Source of the DNA: Haliotis rubra | Lineage: Eukaryota | DNA: 64,000 nucleotides | NCBI RefSeq assembly: GCF_003918875.1 | Contig: NW_025767414.1 | Coordinates: 186,001 to 250,000, forward strand | Reading direction: 5' to 3' | Shown here: piece by piece, positions 50,055 through 63,246 of the stretch | How positions within the stretch are numbered: position 1 is the stretch's first letter | Layout of the letters: each line of letters starts with the position of its first letter | Made by a program: the position numbers and the translations under genes | The notes under the pieces: model-generated | Seen by the model: the letters and a program-made list of their open reading frames with translations, nothing else | The model's database searches: none | What the model was told of the DNA's origin: nothing

Positions 50055-53000
50055 GTAAGACTCAATATTTTTTCATTACTGTTGAATACAGGGGAATACA
50101 GATTTATGAAATGTGTGACCAAATGTGTAAACCAACCCAAATACATTGCGATCGCCGTTTAAAAAAATATGCTGTGTATTTCAGTATATTCGCCTCTGCT
50201 TGCGTAGTCGTTTGAGATATTTACTGTAGACATGTTATGTTAACTATTCCTTGACTAGTGTAAGTTCAAATTTCACAAGTAATGCATGTTACTTTGAAGA
50301 TAAGAACTGTGATGGGAAAAGTACATTAAAAACTGCTCCTAAGTAAAAAAATTCAAACATGGTCCAAAACATTGAAATTATGTTTGTGGTGAAACAACTT
50401 CAAACCATCCTAAGTTCATACTGATATTGTGGGTGTGTCTCAAAGCAATAGTTCAGTCTGGTTTGGAACTAGAAACCAAGTGAACAAATGGCATCACTTT
50501 AGACCACTCAAATTAACTGATATACACTCCTTATTTGTGCAAAAGATTTCACATCTTAATTTTCAGTTGTTTCACTTGCTTGTGTCGTGTGTGTTGAGAT
50601 AAATAGTATCCACATTTGAATTTGAAACAGAAATAAACTGTTACAGACCGCTGTTGAAATGATTAAGTATGAAAATATGGGATGCTTACAGGCATGACAG
50701 GAGCCATTAGACTCTGGTCTTCCTGGCTCACTGTGACTGTAATCATGGTAACGTGACCCGTCAGCATCCTGCCTCTTTATAAAACTAACTAGATGTGTTA
50801 ATGGCTACGTACTCTTTTACAAATTGGAGCGTGAATTTGGGGCTAGAACTTTGTCTTTTTTCATTTCTTGCACAAAACACATTTTGATGTTTAATTTGGG
50901 GAAATAACTCAATGAAATGTCACAAGAGCGGTATAATGAGGTTTACTGGGAGACAGGATGGGCCATTCAAGCCTTGCCTCCCAACTCATCATAGGTCATG
51001 AAGCTGTAACAATGTACAGACACTACATTCCAATTGGCTATTGTCACCAGGGCGCACATTTCAAACTGGTTTAATGACTTGTATTTCATCCTCTGTGTCA
51101 GGTGGACATTCTGATTATCCCACAGGGGTCCCGATTGACCCTCCCTGAAAAAGGTTGTCTCTTGCCAGATTCTGAGGAAATTCTATGACATTGAAACTGA
51201 GCACTTTGATATTTTCTGGTTTAAAAGCTGATACATATATTGCAATTATTATGTATGGTATGAATATTAAAACATGTCTCACTTTTGGTGCTTTTCATCA
51301 ACAGCAACAAATATTTGTGGAAAATATTTTGCAACATACTGGGTCTGAAAATCAGAAAAGTGTTTGTTTTTTATGATACATTTATGTGCAGTGGTTTGCA
51401 CTTTTTGTAAGTCTTTGTCAGCTCACAGACAAGTTCACTTGAAAATTTGAATTCAGTATTTGGGCTAGAAGTTATTGTTCATGGAAGACTGCACATGTGT
51501 TGCGATTTCCAAATGTACTTGTTCTCCAGGCAAATGGCATCCTGTGACCCAATTTCACATTATTCCGAATGAGTCACCATCCTGGGGATATGTTTTACGA
51601 ATAAATAACAGCTGCTTTCATACTAGGTCAGACTCAAGTGAGGTAACTGGGTGTTCATGAATAAAACATTGTTTTACCTTGCAATGAACATCGTGGATGT
51701 AGTTTGATACATTATTGCTGTTCAAATACATCAGCAGGTACTGGCTGAAAGTCAGAACAAAAACTGAATTCATCAGAGGTACAGATAAGCTGCGTATCTG
51801 AGTAAATTACGCAAATATTTATGTGAAAACTCAATTCCTATTAGGTCTATTGAATTTTTGTAAATACTCAATAAGTTTGATCTTGTGGATAGATAAAATA
51901 ACAGGTATACTGAGAGGTTCTATTTCAGGACTGAACTTGGAAACTTGCAGTCTTTCTTATCATTTCTGATATTACGGATGAAATATAAATAACAAACACA
52001 TAAATCAACATTTAAACTTTATTATATTTTTACAATTAATGGAAAATGACAAAATACCAATTGAGTTTGAGTGAGGTGGGTACAATTTATTTGCTTACTC
52101 AAAGGAAAAATAGGATACCCATTTGAGATGAACACAAGCGAGTACATAACTCAATGACCCAAAACTTATCTGTAGCTCTGATTCATGTTTATCATATCAA
52201 TGTCTTTTAAAAAAGTTTAGATTAATGTTTGATGTTGATCCAGTGTAGTAGATTTTTTCATGGACAAGTATTATTTGTACCTGACTTGAAAGTAAAATGG
52301 TATTGTGTATTCACTGACTGGAAAGGTCACTTGTTGTTGGAATGAAGAAGGCTGCCAAAACATGGTACCTGTTATTTCTATGCCTGATGGTCAGACCTGG
52401 TATTAGAGTATAAAACAAGGGCTTGTCGGGGTGTTTACAGTCTGGCATCCATGTTATACAATAGTTTGGTAACCAGTGGGAAAGCACTATAAAACAGTCC
52501 CTCCTGGATTCCACAACAAAAAATTTAAGAACTCCGCGGCAAATTTAAGTAAATTCTGCATCCCATTTTTCAAAATTCTGCAAAATATTCTTCAGTTAAA
52601 AACATGGGGGAAAAAACCCCGCAAAATAATGCAATTTCAATCTTAAAAAATGATCAATTTTGTGAACATAATTGCAGTGTCAAATTCAAATAATATTATT
52701 GTATGGTGCTGAAGAAAATATTACCTTATGAATAAATCATCTTTATTCGTGAATATTTGAAAATATCGTTATAACAAATGTCTCCATTCGTTTTTGTGTA
52801 ACCAATCATACTTTTGTAATTTACCCCTACTTTTCATTTCGGTTGATAGTCAATCTTGATTCAACTTTCAAAATAAGTAAATTCTGCAGCAGAAAAATGG
52901 CAAATTCTGCAGGTATTCTGCATGAAAATTCATTTTCCGCAGACAAAACATTTTGGGTTACATTTCCGCAATTTATTCTGCAATTGCAGAATGACGGAAT

Positions 53001-56000
53001 CCAGGAGGGACTGATAAAACTGATATTAGTCCCTTTTAGATGTAGTACAAATAGAAACCACATGTGAATGGATATTGGATTGCAAGTGCAATAATATTCT
53101 ATGCAACATTAAATTCCATTTCATCTGACCTTTACTGATCTAGTTAGGATCAAATGATGACAATAACGATGACAATGATGATGTTGATGATGTGTAGTTT
53201 TTTATGGTCAAACAAGAATTGAGTCATCACATCACAAAAGAGTATGAAGATTCACTCAGACTGTCTGTCCCTGCTGAAAACACCATGTCAATATTGTTTT
53301 GTACAGAACAGGCTTATGCCAAAGAGCCCTTCAACCACCCTCTAAAATTTAATGCATTTGTAAACATTGACTTAATCTAGCTAATTAGGATAAGCCCAAG
53401 CACACAGATCAGCTATGAACAAAGAGATAACGACGTGGTCAGGTGGACTTGTAACAGCATGGCCAGGTGAGAATTGACATGGAAACAGGTGTGAAATGAC
53501 AATCGCCATGTGATTATAAGGTTCTCTTGAAAAAATACTCGTGTCACAGCTGTGAGAAGCATACTTTTGAAATGTGATTTCAAACATTCTTGGGATGAAA
53601 GTGCCACTGTTTGGATGCTGATTTGTTTGGATAACAAGAATTATATGTGGTTTATACAGACTAATGTCCTCCATCTGGTGTATGTGGTAGTGATAACAAG
53701 AATTATATGTGGTTTATACAGACTAATGTCCCATCTGGTGTATGTGGTAGTGATAACAAGAATTATATGTGGTTTATACAGACTAATGTCCCATCTGGTG
53801 TATGTGGTAGTGATAACAAGAATTATATGTGGTTTATACAGACTAATGTCCCATCTGGTGTATGTGGTAGTGATAACAAGAATTATATGTGGTTTATACA
53901 GACTAATGTCCCATCTGGTGTATGTGTTAGTGATAACAAGAATTATATGTGGTTTATACAGACTAATGTCCCATCTGGTGTATGTGGTAGTGATAACAAG
54001 AATTATATGTGGTTTATACAGACTAATGTCCCATCTGGTGTATGTGGTAGTGATAACAAGAATTATATGTGGTTTATACAGACTAATGTCCCATCTGGTG
54101 TATGTGGTAGTGATAACAAGAATTATATGTGGTTTATACAGACTAATGTCCCATCTGGTGTATGTGGTAGTGATAACAAGAATTATATGTGGTTTATACA
54201 GACTAATGTCCCATCTGGTGTATGTGGTAGTGATAACAAGAATTATATGTGGTTTATACAGACTAATGTCCCATCTGGTGTATGTGGTAGTGATAACAAG
54301 AATTATATGTGGTTTATACAGACTAATGTCCCATCTGGTGTATGTGGTAGTGATAACAAGAATTATATGTGGTTTATACAGACTAATGTCCCATCTGGTG
54401 TATGTGGTAGTGATAACAAGAATTATATGTGGTTTATACAGACTAATGTCCCATCTGGTGTATGTGGTAGTGATAACAAGAATTATATGTGGTTTATACA
54501 GACTAATGTCCCATCTGGTGTATGTGGTAGTGATTGACGTTACAAATTGCAGTAAGCACTAACAAACAGCATTATAATCATTAGGGCTGCCATTAGCCTT
54601 GCTCCAAGGCTGTACTGAATGCTGAGCCCATGGATGTATAGTAATTCTATCCTTTAAAGAGGCAAGTCTAGATTAGCAGACAGACTGCGTCTATGGATGC
54701 CAGTGGGTATATTGTTTCAGAAATTTTCATTTAAACTTTTAATTATTACTGTGGAGACTTGTGCAAATCTAGGCTGTCATGAATCCTCTATTAGAATGTG
54801 TAGTATCACAAATATTGGGCAATGAATATTCATATTTGGCTACAAAACTATCGGACATGTTTTGATCATGTTGATACAATGATAGTGTTACTTCATCAGG
54901 ACAATGGCCAGTGACCACAATACTGTCAAAGTAAACATATAAAAGTGTTGGCTATGTTCCTGGCTTGGATATATTTCATTCTGTATTCTCATTTTGATAT
55001 TTGATATATAAAGGTGTTTTCTTTGCAAAAAAAAGGTCAGTTAAGTACCATTACACTAAGGCTTTTAATGAAAAGCTATATTCTAATGAGTGTTGTATTT
55101 ATCCATCTTTGTGTTTTTATCTCTCTCTCAAACCTGAATTATTTTAATAGATGTCTGCTTTTTAAATTAATAGGTGCAATTGTATTTAAAAACTTAACTC
55201 ATGTTCTCATCCTGTAATGTGCAGTGACTGAAAATGCCACTTGAAATGTCCACTGTGAAGGTCCCTGTAAGAATTGGTCTTCACGAACCCATGACTACCA
55301 GTGGTCAGTCTCACTGACCAGGGCTAAAAAAATGCAAAAATCTGCACTCGCCCTGCAGGGCAAGTAATATGAACTTTCCACTCACCCTTCTAAAATTGTA
55401 CTTTCCCTATAGATCATGCATCATTTAAATTTAAATTATTTTATTTCAAAATGTTTGCTTGGACTAAAATACTTTGTCTTATGTACAAAATCTTTGACAA
55501 AGTTGAATTTGTTCACCATTTAAGATAGCTGAACTTCAAGGAAAAGAAAAATGTTACTTTTGGGTCAGAAAACGTACTCGTCCTCTAGGAGGAGCAAATT
55601 ATGTTTTTCACTTGCTTAGAGGACAAGCAAATTATGTTTTTCACATGTTTAGAGGATGAACAAATTATGTTTTTCACTTGCTCGAAACAAATTTTACTCG
55701 TCAATACGGGAGGACGAGTGGAATTTTCGAGCCCTGCTGACTTATTAATGTCAGCCACAGTAAACCAACTTCATGGATGAATGTTCATGATATCAATCAC
55801 TTGATTGTTTAGTTCAGACTCAATTATTTTCAAACCACTATCATAGTATTTCTGAGTATGATGTTAAACAAAGAGTGATATTTATTGACATGTACAATGT
55901 CAACAAAAACTGAGAATATTAATGTTAACAACACGCTACAAGACAGGCTTCTTAAACAGTGATCACACAACTTTCTTCATGAAGTAACCAGTTTCAATAC

Positions 56001-59000
56001 CAGGGCCTAGATTTTCGAAGCTCTCTTAGCGCTAAGATAGTCGTAAGTATTGTAATGTATGGCACTTACTACTATCTTAGCACTAAGAGAGCTTTGAAAA
56101 TCTAGGCCCTGGTACTTAAACATGATCTATTTCACAATGATTGACAGATTTATGACACAGAGTTATGTAATTACATCTTAGACAATCTAGTTGCACAATA
56201 TGTAGCCAGCAATATTTGCACATGGCTTGAGTGTAAAATTAAATACTCTTTGTACAATAAAAGTCTGGCAACAAATTGGCTCCACTTAAACAGACACACT
56301 TATCAATGTCTACTTACATTATTAACATATTGGGTCAGCCTTTGAAGTTGGTCTCAGTTCTACCATTGTTCATGCTTGACTTTAATTACTAACATTCCCC
56401 CTTACATCCAATGTAAACACAGAAGTAATCCCTAAATTGGCTATTCGTCCATCCATCATGCTAAATAGATACACATTATTCACTGCAACACATGGTCAGC
56501 CTGGACCGGTCTGTCTGTGGACCGGTCAACCCAGATTGGTTCTGGACCCCACTGTGTGGCTGGAGATTAGACTGTCCACACAGCCCTAGGATAGGTCATC
56601 CTTTGTCCAAGAAGGCCATACTGGCCCTTTTATCAAAGTCCTTGTCTTGGCGCCCTGGGGCTATCTCTCCCCTCCCCCTCTCCAGCACCCCCCTGGGAGC
56701 TGTTTGAGTTGTAATGAGTGCTTGAGATGGGTTGCATCATAGGGTGTTAAATGCGGGACACACTGGCCATGTGGCTGGGGTGTGAAGAAAGGGCAGGGGT
56801 TTATCAGGGATTTCAAACTGAGCATCCTTGTCAGACAAACCGAAATATAATACTCAAATTTTAATAAGGATACTTTCATATTTGTCTGTAGTGCACAGAC
56901 CAGTTTCTTGTATTTATATAAGTCGGATTTGAAAATAACTCCAATTTTCTTATTTATTTGTTCATCTTTGATAGTACATAAAACTGATTCTCATATTACT
57001 GTAAGTAAATATTTCAGTATATTGAACATATCTTATTATACCTATCAAAAGTTTGTGTGAAGATGTTTTGTTCAGTATTAGGATTTTATGAAACTTAAAT
57101 TCAAAGGTATTTTACAGTTTCATGTAATACAGTAATGTAAAACTACATGTCTGCACTAGTCGTATTCGGTGAAATACAAGTCACCTCTTTAAGTCCCCCT
57201 TAAAAGCTATAACATTTATAACTAACATAAAAATGTATCAGTAAATTCTTCTTTGTAATTTGTGAAGTTTTACTGACACTTGTGGCAGGCTTTGGGACTA
57301 TTATTGGCCTTGCAGATGGTTTCGATAAATCCTCAAGGGTGTAACCTGATATGTGAAGCGGGTTACTCTGACAGTAATCAAAGACCACTTGATGCATCAC
57401 TGTCAATCATTTCCCTGAACTCACAGTCAACATGGGAGGGATTTATTCAGGATTTTCAACTGAGTATCACCAGAATCCTCCTTTAAGGCAAATTGGTCAA
57501 ATCTTTTTTTGTCATTATTTTCATAAATTCCCATGAATTATCATGATTATAGTAGTATCAAACTAAGTATGAGCATTATCAGCTGTGAAATACCAGGGAC
57601 TTTTTTCGAAACTTAAACATGCTCATTAAAAGGTGAAATTATCCTTGTATTTTGGGTTTTCAGACACTTAAAAAACATTCCTAGTTAAGTTTCCATCACA
57701 TGAACACCTATAACACATCTGGCTTAGCTTATAAAAGATCATTAAAAAATGAACAGTGTTCATCCAAGGCAACACCCCGCATCATAGCCTGAGAAAGCAC
57801 TTCTGTCCAAAAATGTATGATGTCCAAAACCTGTGATCTGACAATAATGAATAAGGAGAAAATATAGTTCCAATTCAAGAGTTTTTCCAACATTTCTTCC
57901 AGCCCAAATGGTCCTGGGCCCCAATCTACAAAGCCTTCTTAGCACTATGACATTCGTAAGCCTATGATAAATAAGAGTTACGACAGGTTGTAACGTTATG
58001 AACGCTTTTTGGATCTGGACCCTGCTCAATATGAATCATGTCTAGATTTTCCACGGGTTCAGTGAGTGAGTGAGTTTAGTTTTACACCACTTTTAGCAAT
58101 ATTCCAGCAATATCATGGCGGGTGACACCAGAAATGTTCCTCACACATTGTACCCATGTGGGAAATTGAACCCGGGTCTTCGGAGTGATGAGTCAACACT
58201 TTAACCACCAGGCTGCCTTACCACCACCCAATCGTTCAGATTCTAATTCCTGTTTCCCTGTTGCTCCATTTAGTTTGAATGTATTGCTTGTCTTTGTATT
58301 TTAAGAGACTGCACATTATTTATTCTAAAGGTGCCCACTATAATGCTCCGTTTTATCTGTTACAGAAATTCCGCATGTCAACCCGCAGGAAGATGAGACT
58401 GAAGGAGAAGAAAGGTGTGTCCCCCCGGACACCCACACGCGTGGGGAAGAGGACCATCGGGAAGACCCCTCCGTAGCGAAGCACCAAGATCTACTCCCCC
58501 TTCTACATAGAGACCCCTAAGGAGCTTGTGAAGGCACCCAGAAATGGACCCCGTATGGGCAAAGGGTAGGTTATGTTTCATTTATCCCAGGAAGTACATG
58601 TGATTCGTAGGGCTGCAACAATTCACCCACACCTCGATTCGATTCAGTTTTTTATATTGGACCCTCGATTCGATCATTTTCGATTTGAGTCTTCATACAA
58701 GTAAAAACATCAGATTTCATTTAACTCTCAGAGTTAAAGTGAGTCAGCTTTTTTGCGTGAAATTCATTGTCAACTTGGCGATGTCTACTAATGACAATGC
58801 ACATTGGATAAGTAGCCCAGCGTCAACCAATCACATTTTGCCTCATATCAGCGCTTGAAACTGTTCGATTTGGATTAAAAATTACGTTCTCGCTGTGTGG
58901 AAACAGTTGAAATAGATACTCAATTATCGAATCGAAATAGTGATAATGGTTATCGAAAATCAAAACTAAGGTGTCAGATTCAATTTTTGATGAATCGAAT

Positions 59001-60869
59001 CGAATCACTGCAGCCCTAGTGCTTAGACTGGATTGTGGGGTTCTGGGTAGGAATTTGGGACACTTGATGACTTGATGACAGAAGTGTAGTGATTATACTC
59101 CAGGTTTGTGGGCAGTTGTTCATGACATCAATCACTGAATTGCTCGGCCGAGACTATTTATATTCAGCTCTCATTGTGACTGTAATATTTCTTAACTTGC
59201 CATTACACAACAAACACACACCTTCAAGCACTGTATAGAGTTGTAATTAGATTATTGAAGTACAGAATTGAGACGACTATTATTTTCATCTCTGGTCCAG
59301 GGTCGAATTACACGAAGAGATGGTAACAAAAGACGAAAACCTTCATACATGTTGACACATTGGCAACTCTGAGAAGTCTTCATGGAATTGGACCAGGTGT
59401 TCTAGACAACTCTTCTCAGTAATCTCAATAGTGCCTAAGAAATTCTGAGTATGTAGTAGAATATTGATACTAGCTCAACCTTGTTCAGAGTTTTTGTATT
59501 AGGTGCAGTCTTTGAGTTTAACCGCTGGGCTGAAGCCTGAGTCAAGTAACTTTCCATTTGGTCTAGTAAGAACAACTAACTAAAGTCCATATGATACCAA
59601 TAAAAACAGAAGAAACAGATCAGTGTCTTCTGGCTTGTGGTTACACAGACAGTCAAATACAACCATGTGTTGGAAATATACCAGAAGGTTCAAATTGCAA
59701 GGGGAAACGTGAGGATACTGAAGTAAGTTTTTGTGAGATTTATAAGTCAGTGAATCAGTGTGATGTATGTTGTATTGCAGACAGATGGTGGAGACTCCGA
59801 CTCGCCTGAGACGGGAGGTGGAAGCACTGACAGCCAACATGCAGGCTCTAGCTGCGCTCACGCCCACCACACTCCGAGACCGAGCAAAGACCAGGTAACC
59901 CTCCACTATAGAGCTCTAAACAACAAGAGGTTTATTATATTTACCAGATGTACAGACAGACCATATTGGAACCTTTGTGAGAGCCCTCCTAGTTGGGTTA
60001 CCATTGTTCCAAACCAGTTACCATAGCTACACAGTCTCCTGGAGGCGGTGGGGTAGCCTAGTGGTTAAAGTGTTTGCTCGTTCCGCTGAAGACTTGGGTT
60101 TGATTCCTCACATGGGTACAATGTGTGAAGCCCATTTCTGGTGTCCCCCGCCGTGATATTGCTGGAATATTGCTGAAAGTGGTGTAAAACTACACTCACT
60201 CACTCCTCCTAAAGGCAGTAATTGATAACTGTTTGTTTTGGACAAAGGACCCTGGAACATGAAACTAGAGTTTATATGAGAGGATCCACATATTTGATCA
60301 ACAGCTGGTATTTACTGATTGACGGATACAGACTTACAGAATGTAGGTGAAACAAATTTGTGCTTTGGGCTAGACATGGCCGCTCGTCTGTTTATTCCAG
60401 ACTAGTAGCAGTCTGGCCTAGTAGTTGTTCGATCCACAAATCTAATTAGTTTGTTTGCATAACTAGCCTGAAATAAACTAGAAATAAATCAGTGTCTTCC
60501 CATGATGGTTTTCGCGATCGGGTGGTCAGGCTCGCTGACTTGGTTGACACATGTCATCGTATCCCAGTTGCATAGTTGATACTCATAATGTTGATCACTG
60601 GATTGTCTGGTCCAGACTCGATTATTTACAGACCGCCACCATATAGCTGCTGAGTGCAGCATATTAAACAACAACCAACAAACCAACCATGATGGTTTTG
60701 TTCTAGTTTGTTAATTTTGGAGCAGCGATGAAATACTATCCCTCACATTATCGATCCTGTCATTCATTTAACCCCTTCTGTTTTCAGGCGACCAGCCTCA
60801 CCCATCACAAATGGCAGCCTGAAAGTTCGAACTCAAGCACGGAGAAGAATCGAGACCACCGTGTACTAA
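49833..60869 (+). CDS. Uncharacterised 4-exon basic, S/T-P-rich protein (possibly a remote PIMREG/FAM64A relative) with an in-frame TAG in exon 2
   Basis: Join of 49833-50054, 58366-58565, 59781-59894, 60788-60869 gives 618 nt with GT-AG sites and matching phases 0/2/2; the only interruption is TAG at 58474-58476. Confidence 0.75.
51774..52180. mobile_element. MITE with CAG termini and a 6-bp TSD
   Basis: CAGAGGTACAGATAAG / CTTATCTGTAGCTCTG flanked by ATTCAT on both sides. Confidence 0.75.
52495..53013. mobile_element. MITE with CAG termini and a 6-bp TSD
   Basis: Perfect 18-bp TIR CAGTCCCTCCTGGATTCC flanked by ATAAAA on both sides; internal AATTCTGCA repeats. Confidence 0.8.
53631..54534. 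repeat. 60-bp minisatellite, 15 near-perfect copies, intronic
   Basis: Successive 60-nt lines are identical apart from rare substitutions. Confidence 0.97.
55319..55736. mobile_element. MITE inserted into an old family B copy
   Basis: CAGGGCT...AGCCCTG with CTGAC duplicated on both sides; family B sequence resumes after it. Confidence 0.65.
56001..56111. mobile_element. ~110-bp near-perfect palindromic MITE
   Basis: CAGGGCCTAGATTTTCGAAGCTCTCTTAG...CTAAGAGAGCTTTGAAAATCTAGGCCCTG. Confidence 0.8.
58061..58229 (-). mobile_element. SINE family A, diverged
   Basis: Family A sequence with CpG decay. Confidence 0.8.
58366..58565 (+). CDS. S/T-P-rich gene, exon 2 (contains the in-frame TAG)
   Basis: TTACAG|KFRMSTRRKMRLKEKKGVSPRTPTRVGKRTIGKTPP*RSTKIYSPFYIETPKELVKAPRNGPRMGK G|GTAGGT. 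Confidence 0.75.
58608..59018. mobile_element. hAT-type MITE
   Basis: TAGGGCTGCA / TGCAGCCCTA; imperfect 8-bp TSD GTGATTCG / GTGCTTAG; subterminal TCGAT repeats. Confidence 0.75.
59781..59894 (+). CDS. S/T-P-rich gene, exon 3
   Basis: TTGCAG|(G)QMVETPTRLRREVEALTANMQALAALTPTTLRDRAKT|GTAACC. Confidence 0.75.
60043..60205 (+). mobile_element. SINE family A, full length
   Basis: GGCGGTGGGGTAGCCTAGTGGTTAAAG...(ACTC)n. Confidence 0.88.
60788..60869 (+). CDS. S/T-P-rich gene, exon 4 (terminal coding exon)
   Basis: TTTTCAG|(R)RPASPITNGSLKVRTQARRRIETTVY*. Confidence 0.72.
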
Positions 60870-63001
60870 AGTGCTAGCTAGACCTCGTGCTGTAGTAGTG
60901 TTGTGATGTCCCATGACCCAAGTTGCCATGACGATACATCACAGAACATCAGTATTCATGATATTACCAATGTTTGTAGACATGCTGTCATGCTGTGTCT
61001 CTTCTGTCTGACACACTGTACACTAGTTGTGTATCTATAGTACCTGTGATCTGTTTGTTTTCATTCATTCACTCACATTCATTTATTTTCTAAATGGCAT
61101 TAGAAATACTTTTTACTATTTTAGCTATGATTTTATTTCATCTTCACTAAGGCTTTTAATTTGCTATCATTAAGCATTTTGTTAATGTTGTGATATTTAT
61201 TTATTTCACCATTTGCTTAAGCTCCTAGGCTTATAATATTCTATTTCATAATTTTTAAACTTTTCTATTATTGCTTATGAGAGGAAAGTGCCAATGTTGG
61301 TATATCTTTTTTCTTTCTGTAGTCAATATCTGCCAATGTACTACTCAAATGAAAGATTAACTGTGAGAATCATGTGTTCTTTAACATCTTTGAAGTAGCG
61401 GATTTAGTTCTCTGATTAGATATGACTAAATATATCCAAATATCACTGATATGAGTGCCTATGGAACAGTGTATATCTGCAACGCCTGGAGAGAATCTTG
61501 ACGAATATCAAACTGGTATACATAATACATGTCAGTATCACAATTTTACAGGGATAGAAATTAACCTTAAGTTTACAACCTTGGAGAGCGTTAATGCATA
61601 GAGAATGACCCAAATTTTTAATATTCTACCAAGCATTGGGAAAGTTTGATTTAGAAGCCCAAGTCTAGTAAATTTCTTTCAGTCAAGTAAGCTTGTCAGT
61701 ACATTAATACTAAGATTTACTGAACTGATGTTAAGAGACAGGTTCAAGCTATTTGACTCGAAAGATTTTGGCTCAGACTGAAATTGACAACTTTCTCAGG
61801 GTATCGTTAATTTCCATTCCTGGGTAGACAACATCAAATATGTATTCATTTACCCTTAGTTGTCAGGTTCATAAGGCATACAGTTGCTCATTGTATCAAG
61901 TTCCACGAAGGTTAAGCCCAATCAACCTTACATTCATTCCAATTTACTTAGGACTTACATGCTCACGCATCTGGAGAAGGGGCTTCAAGGAAAGCTAAGA
62001 GTATTATGATGAACAGACTGACCTGAGAGAAGGAATCAATTCGTGTTGCTCAGTAGATTAGAAGAAAAATGTCAACTGGGGATTTGTTGTTGAAATGATT
62101 TATTTATGACATAGAAGCTAGTTCAAATAACACAGGCTTTGTATATTATTTTACCCATATTCTTAGATAACATTTCATCTTTGATCATCATCGTTCGTCA
62201 TCGCTTGTAGATTTCACAGAATTTGGCCAGTGTGCTTCCAGAATTTGTTTTAAGCTACACATTTACAATATCTTTCTCTAATCTTTTGTCTTAATGAAGT
62301 GAGAAGATTTCTCACTCTTCTCAACTCTCACCTGCATAATAAATTACATATGAGAACTAATGATAGGAAATTCAAACTTGTCCAGAAAATGCTTTAATCT
62401 TTGGCAAATTGCTTCAAGCAAGATCCAATATATTTCCCCTATAAATTTGAATCGTTTTTGGTTAAAATGGTAATTTTGTAATTTAAAATGTTCCGGTGTG
62501 AAGATCAGGGGGTACTTTTGTCATTGTGGTAAACGATAAGATTGAGGGTCTCCAGATTAAAATATTTTAGGAAACAAGTACCACCATACCATAGTTTTGA
62601 ACGTTGTTTTATGTACAAAGTTAGGTGAGTGTTCTCATTGTGAATGTCTAAGTGCATTGTATGCACAGTGTATCTATCTGTAACCTATCTATTGCACAAG
62701 TTGCTGCCATGTGTATACTCACAGAGGTATTCAGCATTGATGTATATATTTCATATGTGCTGCCTTAGTGCTAGTCCCATAGGGACATTCTGTACTTGAG
62801 ATCATCCTCACCAGTCAAGGGTCTTCGCTAGGGGTTACACACTCAGTCCCACTACTGAGCATGTCAGGGAGTAGGTATCTGTATGTTGTCCGTAACATTG
62901 GTCGATCTTGAATAGATCATGAGTTACCTTCAAGGTGACATCCTGTGCATATTTTTTATTGTGTCAAATGAAATATACAGGGTTTTTTTGTGAAGTTCAG
63001 A

Positions 63002-63246
63002 CAGTCAAACCTGATTTATCTGGAACGATTACTGGTAATGAATGAATAGATATGAATCTAGATTATTGCATTACTCGCCATCGCCCGTCACGACAAAATT
63101 AGCTGTTCAACTTTGAATTAAAAATTGCATTTCGGTAGAATATTTGGTCAATATATAAGTGGTCAGTCACTGTGATACGCAATCGACCAAATATTTCGAG
63201 AATGAGTCATTGGTGCCGTCTGGTTCAAGATAAGGAGGTTTGACTG
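63002..63246. mobile_element. pogo/Tigger-type MITE
   Basis: CAGTCAAACCT...AGGTTTGACTG|TA. Confidence 0.75.

Noticed and set aside
53552-54562. 336-aa and 276-aa repetitive ORFs
   Set aside because: Two frames of a stop-free 60-bp tandem unit inside an intron; no evidence of coding
58474-58476. Selenocysteine or pyrrolysine recoding
   Set aside because: The codon is TAG, not TGA, and pyrrolysine is not known in animals
59760-60026. ORF-track frame DGGDSDSPETGG as the exon 3 product
   Set aside because: Splice phases from exons 2 and 4 select the QMVETPTRLRREV frame
60043-60120. tRNA genes (Asp-like heads at many sites)
   Set aside because: They are SINE heads, always fused to the same body and tail and often flanked by TSDs
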